Source of the DNA: Podarcis gaigeae
Lineage: Eukaryota
Length of the DNA stretch: 64,000 nt
Assembly (NCBI GenBank): GCA_964106915.2
Contig: OZ066921.1
Reading direction: 5' to 3' (one strand)
The number at the start of each line of letters is the position of its first letter. Position 1 is the stretch's first letter. This document shows, one piece after another, positions 45,801-59,900 of the stretch. Made by a program: the position numbers and the translations under genes. The notes under the pieces were generated by a model. It saw only the letters and a program-made list of their open reading frames with translations, had not been told where the DNA came from and did not search any database.

Positions 45801-48800
45801 CCCCCATCTCTTTGTACTGCCCCCCCTGCCTACTCCCTCAACTGACTTCATTTGACTTCACAGATGTCATCATGGAACCAAGCCTTATTTCACCCCATAG
45901 TCCCCAACTGCTACCAATTCATGAAGACGTATGAGGCAATAAAGGGAGTGGAGGATGTCACAACTGTCCCCATCTCCACTCCAAGGAGCACCTCGCTCCT
46001 CTCCTTAAGCACCTGTGTTGGCTCCCACCAAGGATGCAAGCTCTCCACCCTCTTCACTTCCTATGAAATATTTCTCTTTTTGACCTCTTAGTCTCAAGCA
46101 AGTTCTCCTTTACCTCTGCCTTCTTCTCCCTACTCTGCCTTTGCAGCTTTGACTATGCCATTCTACAGCATCTGGAACAGCAGCCTCCTCGCTTTCAATC
46201 TGTGAAGTCACCTTTCTACCTTCTGGCCCATCGTGACCTCTGCAAAGCACAATTGCTCCACCATTCCTGCTCCTCCTGTTACCACTCCCTCCACCTCCAT
46301 GATTCACACAAGTCCTTTGCCAAGCCTCTACTCTCTAGACTGGGAGAGGAGCCATAGTACTGCTAGCAATAACTAGATGTTACATGAGATGTAGGTTGTC
46401 CTTCTCATATAGGGTTGCAGGGAGAAGAAAGCCCCATTGGCCCACGCAAGTCTGAAGGGGTCATGGTCAAAGCAGTGGGAGGCCTTCTCGTACTATGCAG
46501 CATTTTCATTTTCTGGGTGTAGCAGCAAAATTGGGCCAAAACAACAAGTGGCCCATGTTGGCTTCTGGCTCTTCAACTCTCCAAAGGTGGGCAGGTGTGT
46601 CTAAATCCATCCTTTTCTGCTTCTTTGAATTCACCCCACAGGCTTTTTCCAATTGCCCAATGGCAAGAGGAGTCTCAGCAGTGGATCTGTGTATCACTAG
46701 CCAGATACAAAGCACAGTGGTCCTTTGGCACTCCTAGAGTCATGGAGAGGGCTGCCCTGCTCCCATGATCCACCTTGCCTTTCCTTCCTCCATCCCAGTT
46801 TGTGCTGGATTCATCACTCTCTCCTTCCCACACAAACCCATTCACAATTCCAACACTGTAATTCAAAAGCAGAAGTTCAAATTCATTCCAAGTTCAGACC
46901 GTAGTGTCACAGCGGTGCTGAAATTTGTGTGACTCAGTTCCTTGGAAGGCTGCACTGTGAGCAATCTGGGGTGGAGTGGATGGGTATTGCTACTCATACA
47001 AATACTCAAGGACACACAAAGGGAGACACAGACACATGGACTTCAAAAGCTCGTCGGAAGCACAGACACCAAGAAAGTCCTTAGGATCAAGGCTCCCCTG
47101 GAGCTGTCCATGCTCACAACCACCCACTGATCACAAGCTATGCAAAACAGAGGTGCCAGCAAGCAATTCACAATGTGTGCAGAACCAACCATGAAATGCT
47201 TGGCTTGATGGACAGCAATGAAGACCACCCTTGTGCAACCGCAGCCCTGCTGTCACTCAGATATGTTGCCTCCTCCCACCACCACCACCACCAGCCCACA
47301 TGCAAAGAAGGTAAAGCAAGATGACGGAGCAGCCAGGCGGGTGGAAAACCAGTGTGGGGAGGAACGGGGAAGACTGGAAGAATGGCTGATTGCTGAGAAA
47401 AAGTCAAGAAACAGCCAAGCTGTTGAGGCAGTGGGCCCCAGGATATTGGAGGGCTAAGGCTGAGATCCTGATGCTTGGGCTTGGCAGCCAAAAGACCCAG
47501 GGAAAAGGAGCTATAAAGTTGAGGGGGACCTGCGAGACCTATATAACGCTTGCTGAATTTAATAATGCTTGGGGAAAGCCAGAACTGGCCTTTTGAAAAT
47601 GGAAGCCAAGGCACCAACCCACCCTTCTGATGAGCTGTTGCTGAAGGGTGCATTCCCTGTCCAATTCCACTTTTTAAAGTGGCTCTTCCCCCATCCCTAA
47701 TCTCAAGGCTGTCACTCTCTGGGGTGGATCTGGGCCCAAGGTGGGTGGATCTCAGCATTTGCCCCAGAGCCATTCTGGAGCGGTGCAGCAGAGCCAGAGA
47801 AAGAGGAGTGTCCAGATGGGAATAATGAGGCCCTGTGGTGATGCTGATAAGGCCTGAAATGAAAGCCAACTTAAAAAGCGCCCACTGACTATGTCTTGTT
47901 GCTTATGCCTTTGTGGTTCACGAGGGTGAGGATGCTAAGAGGGATCATAGGGATGCTCTTGTGAGTGTCTCACAGCACAAGACAAGAAGGCCTCCTCTTT
48001 GCTTTGGCCTAAGGGGGAAGGAATGGTTATTCCAAGCTGCACCAATCATTTTAACCAGGCCTTTGGTCCCCAACTGAAAGCACCTGGGGCCCTTAAGTGC
48101 CCAGACAAAATGGTGGCACTCTGCTGCAGGTGGAAAATGTGGTCTTCCTCTGAAGGAGACCTAGCCATCTTCCAGAACAGCCTTCCCTGAAGCCGGTTAA
48201 GCCATCCCATAAGCCAGTGGTATCCAAACTTTTTAAAAAGAGGGCCAGATTTGATGAAGTGAAGGGCCATGGGGGCTGACCAAAGGGCCAAACAATGTTG
48301 TTGGCCTTTTTTTAGGATTGAAGTTGTTGAAGTTTTTTTTAGGCTTTTACCCCAGGAAATAAACTGCCACAGGGGCTGGATTAAACCGACCGGCGAGCCA
48401 CATTAGGCCCCCGAAATGGACTTTGGACATGCCTGCCATAAGCAATACCAAGGAGGATTTCCTCCAGAGAAGGCTGAGGCTGATGGGAGTTGTGGTCCAA
48501 AACACCAGGTTGGAGAAGATGGCCCCAGAGTGAGAGACTGAGCCAGTCTGGATCTGTGAGAATTCAAGCTGTTTTTCCATTGTGTGTTCAACTGATGAAA
48601 CCAAAGTGTATGTGCTTGGAATGTGCCCTTTGATTTCCCCCTTTTCAAAGTGGCAGTAGGGCATATGAAGCAGCCTTGCACTGAGGCAGACCCCTGCCCA
48701 GAGGAGTGGCACTGCAGGGTCTCAGGCAGGTGGAGAGGGTAGGACTCCTTCTTCCTCCTTCACATTGCTTGCTGCTACCCAATTCTTTAAACTGGGATTG

Positions 48801-51800
48801 AACCCAATACATCAGGCACAGGCAAACTCGACCCTCCAGATGTTTTGAGACTGCAATTCTCATCATCCCTGACCACTGGTCCTGTTAGCTAGGGATGGTG
48901 GGAGTTGTAGTCCCAAAACATCTGGAGGGCTGAGTTTGCCTATGCCTGCAATACATTCTGTAAAATAACCCAGTTTTTTGCAGCCCCAGGAAGGTGGGGC
49001 CTGAATGCAACTCTTCCAAATCATACTAAGGGTTTTCATGTATGCTAGAGCACTGTCTTTAGAAATCAGCTTCACAACAACCTTGTAAGGGAGCTTAGGC
49101 TGAAAGGTAGGGACTTTCCAAGGCCAGGAAAGGCCCAAGGTTGGAATGGTCAAACTATAGATAAATAAACCCAGCACACACCACATATTTCAACCTAAAA
49201 GGTCTCGTAAGCCTCAGCCAGCAAGGCCAAGGGTTGGGGGTAGGAGTTCTACTCCACCAACATGTGGGAGGCACCAGGTAAGTGGGGAGTGTGTGGGGGG
49301 GGGGGGAGATTACTCTAAACAGAGGCAAGGCAAGAGCCCCATGGATTTTGGCATCTCAGGTGCTTAGCTAGTTTGTGGATGGGCTAGTCTGGGGGTTGGC
49401 GTAGTAGGGGAGGCGCACACCCATTTCCCATGGAGTCTTGAATGCCAGCAGGCCAAAATAAGATGGCTTTGGAACAATCTCCCAAGTCTCCAATTTGGCC
49501 TGAGGTAAGCTGCTCTTCTTCAGCCTCAGCCTGGCCACCTGCAACATGGGGGGCAGTGATGCTGGCCTGCCTTACAGGGTCATTGCAAGGTTCACTGAGA
49601 ATAATGAAGCAACTTTGAACTTAGCATTTCTGTTCTTGCCATGTGGTCTGTCAGCACCTTACACCTCAGGTTCCTGCGTTCATCACAGAGCAAGGACCAC
49701 CTCCTCTCTGCCTCCAGCAAAGCTGGGCTGAGCCTCAGTCGGCCCCATCAGCTTAAGCTGCTCCCAACCCTCAATGCACCACTTGCGTCAGCATGGCCTC
49801 TGGAGGTTTCATTTCATTTCAAGCCCAACTGAAACAGAGTGGAGGGAGGGAGGGAAGGATTACAGGTAGTGAAGCCAAGAGCGTGGAGGAAGGGTGAGGG
49901 ATGCCTGGATGAAGCTGAGATGGCAACATTTGACTTACCAAGTAGCTCTACAGGAAGGATGTGGAAAGAAGGGAAGAGAAAAGAGAGAGGGAGGAAGAGA
50001 GAAAGAAGAATGTGTGAAAGACAGGCTGATGTATAGAGCCATCTTCTTACCCGGAACAGGACCCCACAGAACCACCACCCAACTCAGCCACATCACCAGG
50101 TACACAACTGCCCTCCTGCCATAAAATGACAGCAGGGGACAGCTGCATCTGGTCAGGTCTTCTCCACTGGCACAAGGAGCAAAAGTGGGAGCCACAGGAC
50201 TCTGGTAACTTCCCCCAGGTGGGGGGCAATGGCAGGTCCAGGGGTGGGGTAGGGATTCCCCAAGGCAGAATGCAAATGCCCCAGACCCAAGCCAAATGCC
50301 CCAGGTCCCCAATCCACCTTGCATGGAGCAGCCAAACAGGAGGAGGAAGGCACAGAGACATTTGCACCCTGCACCTTGTCTTCCCAAGGAGTCATTGGTG
50401 GCCACATGCACACGCAACATCTGGTTTGGCCTCAGAGGGTCTGCTGCAGGAGCCAGGAAGACCCCTCTCAATACCTAGAAGGACTGAGAATGGTATGAGA
50501 CGCCACACTGAGAACACCAACACAGTTCTCTTCCCATGACAGAGTGTGTGCATAAAGGGGAGGGAGAGGCACTTTGATAGGCAATTATCCCCAAGCCCCC
50601 CCCCCCTTTGCCCTCAGCACCAGCATACACACATGGTAACTTCAAGGAGCAACAACCTGGATCAACACACTGGCCTGATTTTAGGGCAATAAGAACTTAG
50701 CAAGGCTCTGAAAGCAACCCTCCCCTGGCAATCACGTGTTGACAAGATGGGAGGGCAAACCAAAAGTGCAGAAACTTAAAGCACCGGCTGTACAATGCCC
50801 CCTGCAGAAACTGCCACTCTCATCCAGACCCATTCAGACACACAAGCGAACCAGAGGCAGGCAAGCTTCCTTCTCCCCTAGGAATCTGCTACCACAACTC
50901 TGAAGACAGCTGGGCCTTCTTTCTCCTTGGGGGTTAAAATGCCTCACAGCTTTGAAGAGGATCGATAGCTGAGAGGCATGTGTTTTCTTCTGCACTTAAA
51001 ACAAATAAATCCAAGATTCCTGAACTGAGCAAAGGTGAATGCTGTGAGCCTAATCAGCAGACCTCTCACTCGGCCATCTCCTCCGGTTTCTGAGGCCTCA
51101 GCCAGCATTGCCCACCCACACTGTCAAGCCACAGGGGCCAGAAACTTGCTTTAACACCCCCCCCCAATAAATTCAGGAAGCTGAATTCAAGACTTCATTC
51201 CCTTTTCTGTCACTGCCTAACACAAAGCTCTGTCTCACCTGCCAAGCAAACAACCCACAAAGGGATTTGGAGAGCCTCTGGGCCCCAGGACATTATGCCG
51301 CAAGGAGGCCTCCACCCTAGTTTAACCAGGATCTTACACTGCAATGCATTTAACTGAAGAATTAAACCAAGGTCCTTGCTCCATCCATGCCATTACCTGT
51401 GCAGGGAAGCGTTCACTGCTAAGGCAGAAGCAATTTAGTTTATCCAAGGGCAGCCCAGCAAATCCAGCCCCCCTCTTCAATCAGGGGTTGGAGGCCAACA
51501 TCACTAGCCAAACTGAGCTGCCCTTTGGCCAGAAACACCCTGGCAGATCTTACCTTTGCGGGCTTTCTTCTGAAGCTTCAGTGTGTCAGAGGACTTCTTC
51601 TTTATCTCATGGCGGGCTCGTTTGTATTCTAAGGAGACAGGAATCGGGAAACACGAGGCCTGATTCCAAGTGACCAGAAGGCAAACAGCTTGGCGGGTGG
51701 ACCCCGAGGTCCCCCACATGGCGTGAGCAGACAAGGGAGGCCACTGCTCTCTATGGGGCCCAGACTCAACTCCTGGCTTTCATCTCCTCCCACCCTAAGC

Positions 51801-54800
51801 CCCACAGTCACATCCTTGCCACTGCTTTCCTCTGAGCATCAGACACTGCCTCACAGGCTATGGGGCAGCCAGGGTGCCTCCTGCCCTTTTACCTTTCGCG
51901 TGATCTTTGTCAAGCTGGTTAGCAGTCTTCTTCCAGTCCTCTATCCGATCCTGCAGGGGGTTAATCAGGCTCTCCATCAGGGCGCTGCAGGAGGGGGGAA
52001 GGCACCCAGAGAGAGGTGGGTTAGAAGGGCCAAGGGATGTGGAGAAGAGTTTTGCAACGAAATCCCCATAAATGTGCTGTGATCCAAATGGCTCAATAAC
52101 TCATTCTCTGGACTAGAGTATGCAAGTGGCTCGAGTTTCTAAAACCCTGAGCCTCCTTCTGCATGTCTTGCCTATTTCAGCACCTCCCCAATCCCGTTTT
52201 CAAGGCCACTGAGCCTCTCCCTCTTCTTCGGAAAGGGAGCCTGGGGCTGGCCCACACACATGACAAACACGCGAGTCTAACGAAAGGCACTTACTTGGTA
52301 AACTGCCTCAGCTTGGTCTCAATACTGCGGTGCCGCATACACATCCGGGTTAGTGCGGAGCCGATGTCCCTCGTGGCTCCTGAGGTGAAAAACCAGCCCT
52401 CATGTTAATGGAGAACAGTCAAGAGGTACTGCAGAAAAATTCAAGTGCGGAATTTCTTTTCTTTCCTTCTCTCTTGTTCAGTCAGAGAGAAAGAAAATGG
52501 AGAGGCAAGGAATTGAGATGTCAGCACAGGCTGAAGGAATGCCTGACATTGGGGCTGGGTGAGGGAGTGAGATCACATGGGCTGAGAAACCGAGTTGCCT
52601 AAGAGTCTGAGGAAGGAGCACCTTGTTTCAGAAGTAGCAAAGCAGAGCTATCAGGGCTCTCTCCTGAATTTCCTCCTGAGGGGGCATACAGAAAGGCATC
52701 ATATGTTACTCTCACAAGAGCCCTGCAAGCTGTTTCTTCAGCCTCTACTTAAGACTCAGTTTCTCCTCTCTGGACATCCCTGCTCTGCCGCCACCTTCTC
52801 TGAGGGAAAATGGATCTCCTGAACACTGTCCCAGATCTGGCTTTCTCTCCAGTCTCCTCAGAAGCCCCCTATTATCTCCAGGCATTACATGGTACTGAAG
52901 TCAGAATAATAGAAGCTCTTATGAAACATTACTTTGGGGCAACATCTTCCCCTTCAGGATTTCACAGGTGAAAATGGACTCTCCAGTGGGCTTGTAACAC
53001 TCCCCTCACCCAATTCATCTCACAAACACTTCTTCCCCTTGCCAAAGGTTGTTCCAGGATTCCACTCATGCTAGAGTGACTCACTTGGCAATAGCCTATC
53101 TTACACAAATTTGTAAAATGTCCACAAGAGTTTCCATTAAAAAGAAAGGGTTTTTTCCTCTTACACAGTGGAGCTAGAGGCTGTGTTTGCAACTTAAAGA
53201 GCATCAGAAGGATCCTTCCAAACTGGGAGATTAGGAAACAAATGCATTTTGATGTTAAGAAGGTGTGTGGAGGGGAATGCATTTGGGGCACACCCCCTAA
53301 CTTCACCCATAAATACACCGAGATGAGGTCTGAGCTGCATTGTAATGTGGCAACCTTTCTGCAAATGGGGTTGATTAGTCCAGCCCCTTTGATAATTTTG
53401 GTTGCTCCTTTCTGCCTTTCCCTCCCAGCTCTAGAATATCCTTTGAGTTAAAGGCTATCACTATCAAAGGCTAACAATTGGCTCCAAGTCTAGATTGAGG
53501 GCCCTGCCTGATGGAGAACAGAGCAATTCAGATTTTGTCCATTGGGGGTAGCAATAACCACACTGACACTGACCTCTCTCTCTCTCTCTCTCTCTCTGAG
53601 CCTTGAACATGAGGATATGAATGGATGGAACAGTCTTTCATAGGAACTGCCCATCAAACTGCATCCCTCACAAAGCATGGATTATGGGGCATTCTGCTGC
53701 TTGAGGGAGAGAAAAATGCCCACATACACTAATTCACATGGGAGTCCAATCCAATGAGAAGTTATCTAGTGCAAGCCTCATTAAAATTACCATGAACATG
53801 CATTTTTAGGGGCCTTTACGCAAGATGAGATGGCACCCTGTGGGTCGCAGCTAAATGCCCTTGATAGTGCCAGAAACTAACAGCCAGAGGTGATTTCTGT
53901 CTCTTTCTGCTCATTTCCATTTCAGCTTGCTCCTGGTCACACGTGCTGTAATTGCTATGAGTGCTCCAGTTGGAGAACAGCCTCTACTAAGGTGTCATTG
54001 ACCTTAAAGAAGCACGAACTCAGGACAAAAGGGAGAAACCAGCTAAGAGGAAGGCAGCTTTGACAAATCCTCACCATGATCAACTCCCACCCAGAAACCT
54101 ACGTCCCCACTATGGAAGGACGTGTGGATCCAGAATTGGCCTCCACAGCCACTTACGGACTCACTTCCAAGACCGTGGTCATGGAAGACAATCTTACTTG
54201 GCTATGAGTGATCGCCAAAGAAGAAGAATTGCTGCTCTAGAGGTGCCTTCTCCAATCTGTTGCTCCCCATATGCTTTGGACTACAATACCTGTGCTGACT
54301 GGAGCTGTTGGGAGTTACTTCCCAAAACATGAATGGCACCAACTTGGCAAAGGTGGCTCCAGGATCTAGACTACCTTCTGTTTTCCTTGAGATATACATA
54401 AAAAGTGCCCCCGAAGGATGTGTCTTCCTCTCAATCCTTCCTTTTAAGCACTTCCTAGGAAGAACACATTGCGTACTCCCACAACACCGAAGCAGAATGA
54501 TTGTGAAAGATTAATGAGGCAAAGGCACGCAATTGTGCAAGGAAAGACGAATGCACAGAAATCACACATCAGAGGAACCCGGTGTCACCTGGGAATGGCA
54601 GATCCACTCCTCAAAGGTACTGGGAGGGAGGAAGTTAAGAGTGGATGCAACAGACCATGATCAACTCAGCTGGCATGATGAATCCAGGTTAATGAGGGAT
54701 CTGCACGCACACCAGTATGCAGCACTGCGTGAGCTGCAGAGAGAAATTTGCCCCTCTTCAAAGCAGGATATAAGGCATTGCAAAACAGTTCACCTTCTGC

Positions 54801-56927
54801 TGGCCAGCCTGAGCTGGCCAGGAAGTGGCAAAAGTTGCAGGGAGTCTCCAAGACACAGCCTTCAGGAAAGGATCTTTCGAGGCTGCCCCAGAGCACTTGA
54901 CATGCATTCTCTAACCCTACTCCTTAAAACAGCCCTTTAAAGCAGGCCAGCCACCATACTGTTTGGAAAGACATCTTTCATCCAGCTCTGCGTGAGGCAC
55001 CTGATGCTCATTCAGTCCATGAGTTGGCCTGACCTGTCAGCTATCACTGGGGGGGGGGAATGGGACGAGCTGCAAAGTTTTTAATCAAACAGAGATCAAT
55101 CCATTTCAAACTTTTGATCAAAAAGGTGCTCTTAAAGGTAGGGTACCTGTGAGGGCCAGGCGTCCTACCAGTGACCCAGTTCCTTTTACTAGTCTTGGAT
55201 TACTAGGCAATGATTTGCCAAGTGGCCTTGCTCAATGCTAGGCACGATCACTGCGCTTTAGTCATCTCTCTCGTACATTCCAAGAGCCCAAGACCATTTC
55301 CTTCTTGACCTCAGATGAGGCCAGCTAATTCTCCGCAAGTCTGCTTGTGCTTATGGTTCTGGTCCTGCAGTCTGTTGAGCCTGACCTTCCAGAGCAACAC
55401 TCTTTAGTGTTGGGGCATCAGAAGGTGACATTGTTGTGATTGACCCTCTGTTGCTTTTTGGAATTTGCTCCCAACCATGGAGGATGGAAAGACACCAGCA
55501 CTAGCTCCATAACAGTGGTGCACTTCACACACCCCTTCTTACTGGGGGTGGGGGGTCATCCTGGCTCCAGAGCCACCGCTGTGCAGCTGCAGCAATAGAC
55601 AGAGGAGGATGACTCACTTCCTTTGCTTGTTTCCTTAGCTTGCTGAACGGGGCTTCTGCTGCAGATCACAGCCATTGACAGGGAGAAATCATTTCCTCCT
55701 GTTCCCCCTTTCCTGGTTCTGACCAGGAGTGCTGCTTCCTCTTAGAGTTGCCAAGACATTTTGCCCCCAGCCCCCAACCCTATGGCTGTAATCACCTGAC
55801 ACAAAATACATCCTTAGCATCTCTTTCAGAAAAAAAAAATCCCAGCATTTTCTGCAAACGTTGAGCTCTTGTGGTCCACATTCTGAATCGCACTTGGCAA
55901 CTTCACTAGCAACAACCCCCCCCCCCCCGAGCAATGTCCACACATGTGCAATCAGAGCAACCCCCCAGCTTCCCTTGTCCTCTTCCATCACCCCACTAAC
56001 AACTTAGTGGATAAAACTGTGAACTCCCAGAGGTCCTTCTGTCTCTTTTCAGAGACCGCCTGGGGAATTTTGTTGCCATAAACACAAAAGTTAAAATGAC
56101 GCAGCACCTCCCACTCATCCACCCATCAACCTTCTTGGACAACAGCGAAACATTAAAGAGGAAAGACAGACAAGAAAATTTAAAATGGGGTGGGGGAGGG
56201 GAGTCAATGCATTCAAAAGTTGTCAGTGTCAAGATGGGAGGGCCGGGCCAAGTTGATTTTTTCCCCTTTCCTTCAGTTACTGAGCTCAAATTTGGCTACT
56301 TACTGGTGCTGGAAGCTTGGAGCTTCAGTAGCTGTGGTGTGTTTCTGAGACCATTTAGTGCACTGGTGCTGACATGTAAAGCCTTGCTCTGTTAAGAAGC
56401 TGGTACCTGAAGAACTGCCTGCTCCCTTCCCACATCCCTTGGTGAGAAGGTGCCTCCCCTGCCTGTGATTGTTTTGCACTTCAGTGTTTTCGTCTGCCTT
56501 TGAATTGTGAGCTGAATAATATTGTGATCACTTCAAGCTCCGGGACACCTTATGTTTGCAATTATTTATACCTTGCCTTTCCAAGGGAGCTTATACACAT
56601 CTGTTAAAATAGCACTGAGGACAAAATATGAACTAAAACAGGCTAAACTGCAACAAGCAAATAGCTTCATTTCCTTCATTTGTGCACCCCAGAGTGGTTG
56701 ACATAATAAAAGCCATAAAACACAGTCATAAGCAAATGAGCCCACAAACGCAACTAAAAGCAAAACATAATCAGCACTAATAACCAGTTATAGCCAAAAA
56801 CCTGTCCTTAATGGTGTCCCACTAGCATAATAGGGCAGCTTTCACTTGGCCCTGAAGGAGAAAAAACTGGGCAGTGCATGATCCCCCACTGCAGCAAAGG
56901 TCCTATCGCTACCCTGCAATGGGAGTG

Positions 56928-56968
<41 letters not shown>

Positions 56969-59900
56969 CGAGAGCTTAGCAACTCCATATACAGGCAAGT
57001 TCATATGGGAGTTGTCCAGCCCTGTCTCCAAATATGTTAGAGAGCACCAAGTTGGGGAACGCTAGGATAGACAGCCCTTCAAAAGCCATGATTCCAAGCC
57101 ACTTGGGACATTATAGGTAGAAAACAATCAAACAACATGAGCTGAGCCTGGTAGAGAACTGGAGAAGCCAGTGAACGTCTTTCAACCACTGGTCAAATAT
57201 TATCAGCACAGCAGATAGTTGTCCATATGCATGTCTACCACACTTTGAATCTACTGCACTGAAGTTTCTCAACACTTTTTATTGGCAGCCCCACATATAA
57301 CATTGCCCTAGATATTACTAAGGCATGAGAAAATGTGGCAAAATTATTATTTTTCCAGACAAGCCCACAGTGCTAGTAAAAGTCACTCTTGAGCCACAGA
57401 CTACTTTATTGCATTGTTGACCGTTTTAACTCTGCATGTAAATTTCCTTGGCAAATTTCCTGCCACATCGAAGCATTAGACAGCTTTAGAATACCAAGAT
57501 GACGCAGGCTTGTGGGCACAATGGCTTCCTTCCCATGGACTAGCTGCTTGTTTACTCCAGGAAACTTGGGGCAATGAAGCCAGCCTTGATTAAGGACAGC
57601 CAAGTGGTACAAGCACATGCACCAGGCGTTCAAGCACATGAAATTAAGAGTCTCTGAAACAGGGAACCTGTAAAGGGAGCTGGACATCCAACAGAGACAA
57701 CCATGACTTCCCCAACCATCAAATTATGGTGAACCAAGGACCCACAAGCAAATATCCTGGACATATCTGCTGCCTTTAGAATCAAAAAAGCTGTCGCCAT
57801 TGAAGTGTTTTCACGAGCGGCCTAACACAGTGAGCAGGGCAAGGCATTGTGAGTTAAAGAGCAAACGCTACAAGAAAAGGGGTGTATTTAAAATTGTTTC
57901 ACCTTCTATTTTCTCTCTAGATATTTGTACAGAACATAAGTCTACCACCTGAGACATCCCTGCCTCCGCTTTGATCTTCCTACAGAGGAAAGAACCACAA
58001 CTGCACACTTTGCACATCATCAAAGTCTTCCCTCTCAGCTGTTCTCTGCTGAACAGCCGGACAGAAGGAAACCCAAAGAGAAGGATGATATCTAGCTGCC
58101 AACAGGCTCTGGGTGATTACCTATCATGTCCCCCTCTATATAATTCGGTTCCTTTTAGTTTCATGCCATAACCAAGACGTCTAACCTCCAGAGGCAGAAA
58201 CTGCCCACCCACACAAAATACCTGGATGGTGAAAAATTGGATTCAGCCATTCTTTCAGTAAACAGCTATGGGTGAATTGGCAGTTCTAGTCTGCAGGAAA
58301 AAGTGAGAGTATGGAACTGGGTGATGTCTTAGGCATGTGGTTCAAGCATAGAAGCCAGCCATGTTCCCAAGATAGATGCAGATGCATCAGATGGGACATT
58401 CACTATGGTCTGAGTCAGCAGTGCAGCCCACAGGCTAGGCAGGCAACAAGGATGTCAAAAAGAATTACAGAGCAAAGCAACTCTCATTCACAGCCTGAGA
58501 CTCACATATAGAAAGCTGGGGGTGGGGGTGGGGTAAGGAATAGTTGTATATGCTCATATGCTAATAACATGCTAATATTTAATTTGCTGGAAGCTGCTCA
58601 GATGACAGAATATAAATTATAATTATAATTACTACTACTACTATTGAGAAGCATGCAACTGTTTCCCACTTGTGATCTGAAATGGCGCAGATGAAAAGTA
58701 TTACCACCTCATTTTCCATTTGCATGATCTATGCCTCAGTCTCCCCTCTCGTGGAATTCTCCAAAGGGCCACACACTGCAAGCTACCAGGCAGCCCAGAA
58801 GCCCCTCCTCCTAAAGGACTCCCTTTCCTCTCCCCTGACCTCCTTTCCAAATCACAGCCGTGGCTGAATTTTCTATTACCTGTGGCTCCCTCCTTTAGTA
58901 ATCACCCTGCACATCTGTCCACTAAGGCTTCCCTTAATTCCCTAGACCTAAAGAACAGGGAATTCTGTAGACTTGGGGGAGGTGGCAGGCTGGGCTAAGC
59001 CAGGCATGGACCTGTTCATTAAACATGTGTTGCTCACTGGTTTGGAAGAGGGGGGTTACTTCAAAAACTAAAAGTAAGCACACAAGGGTAGGTAGGTTTG
59101 AACCTTGCTCCCTTTCCCTACTTCTTTAAGACATTTCCCACATGCCATGTGGTCCGTTTTGCGTTAAAAGGGAAACTCCCTCTCATGATTTATAACCAAA
59201 CCGATGAGCATGTGTTTGCTAGGAATACACTCCTGGCCTGGCACGGGTCACTGGCGTCGCCACATCTTCCCAAAACATCATATCAGCAGCAAACGCAAAT
59301 CTCTACATGGGTTTGAGTAGTAGGTGCAGAAAGCCTATGCAAGTAAATATGGAGGTCTACCCTTGTTTCCTCATCACAGCCCTTCCCTAGATGTTTATAG
59401 ATAACAAGCTGTGGCTTCTTGTCTAAAAGCCGGAGTGAACCAGCCATAATAGAATGTCAGGAAACCGCTCCATAGCCCTTCTGCCCTCATACAAAGAGTC
59501 ACGTTCAAAGGAAGAACCCTTCCCACACCAAACTTTTCCTGAAAAAAGGAAATAAATAGGTTCATAAGAATGTATAAAGAGCCTGCTGGGTCAGGCCAAT
59601 GACCCATCTTGTTCTTTCAACGCTTTGTAGGGTTTTTTTGTTTTACATTTTATTTCTTACGTTTCTATCCCACCTTTCTGTGGCCAAGGGAGCATTCCTG
59701 TGGTTCCCAGGTGGTTTCCCATCCAGGAGTCAGACCAGGCCCAGGGTTGCTTAGCTATAGCAAAGTGGTGAGTTCTTGTGTCTTCAGACCTTATTCTGGG
59801 ATTAACTCACATTCCAAATCAGTTTTTTCATCCTGCTTCAGGTGAGAGGTGTTATTTACATTTTGCTTCCCTTCCAAGCTCCATTCGGTGCTCCCTATAT

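Noticed and set aside
47168-47869. 233-aa ORF on - strand in MTSS2 intron 7
   Set aside because: TTG start, low-complexity content (WWWWW from a repeat), no domain and no fitting splice sites.
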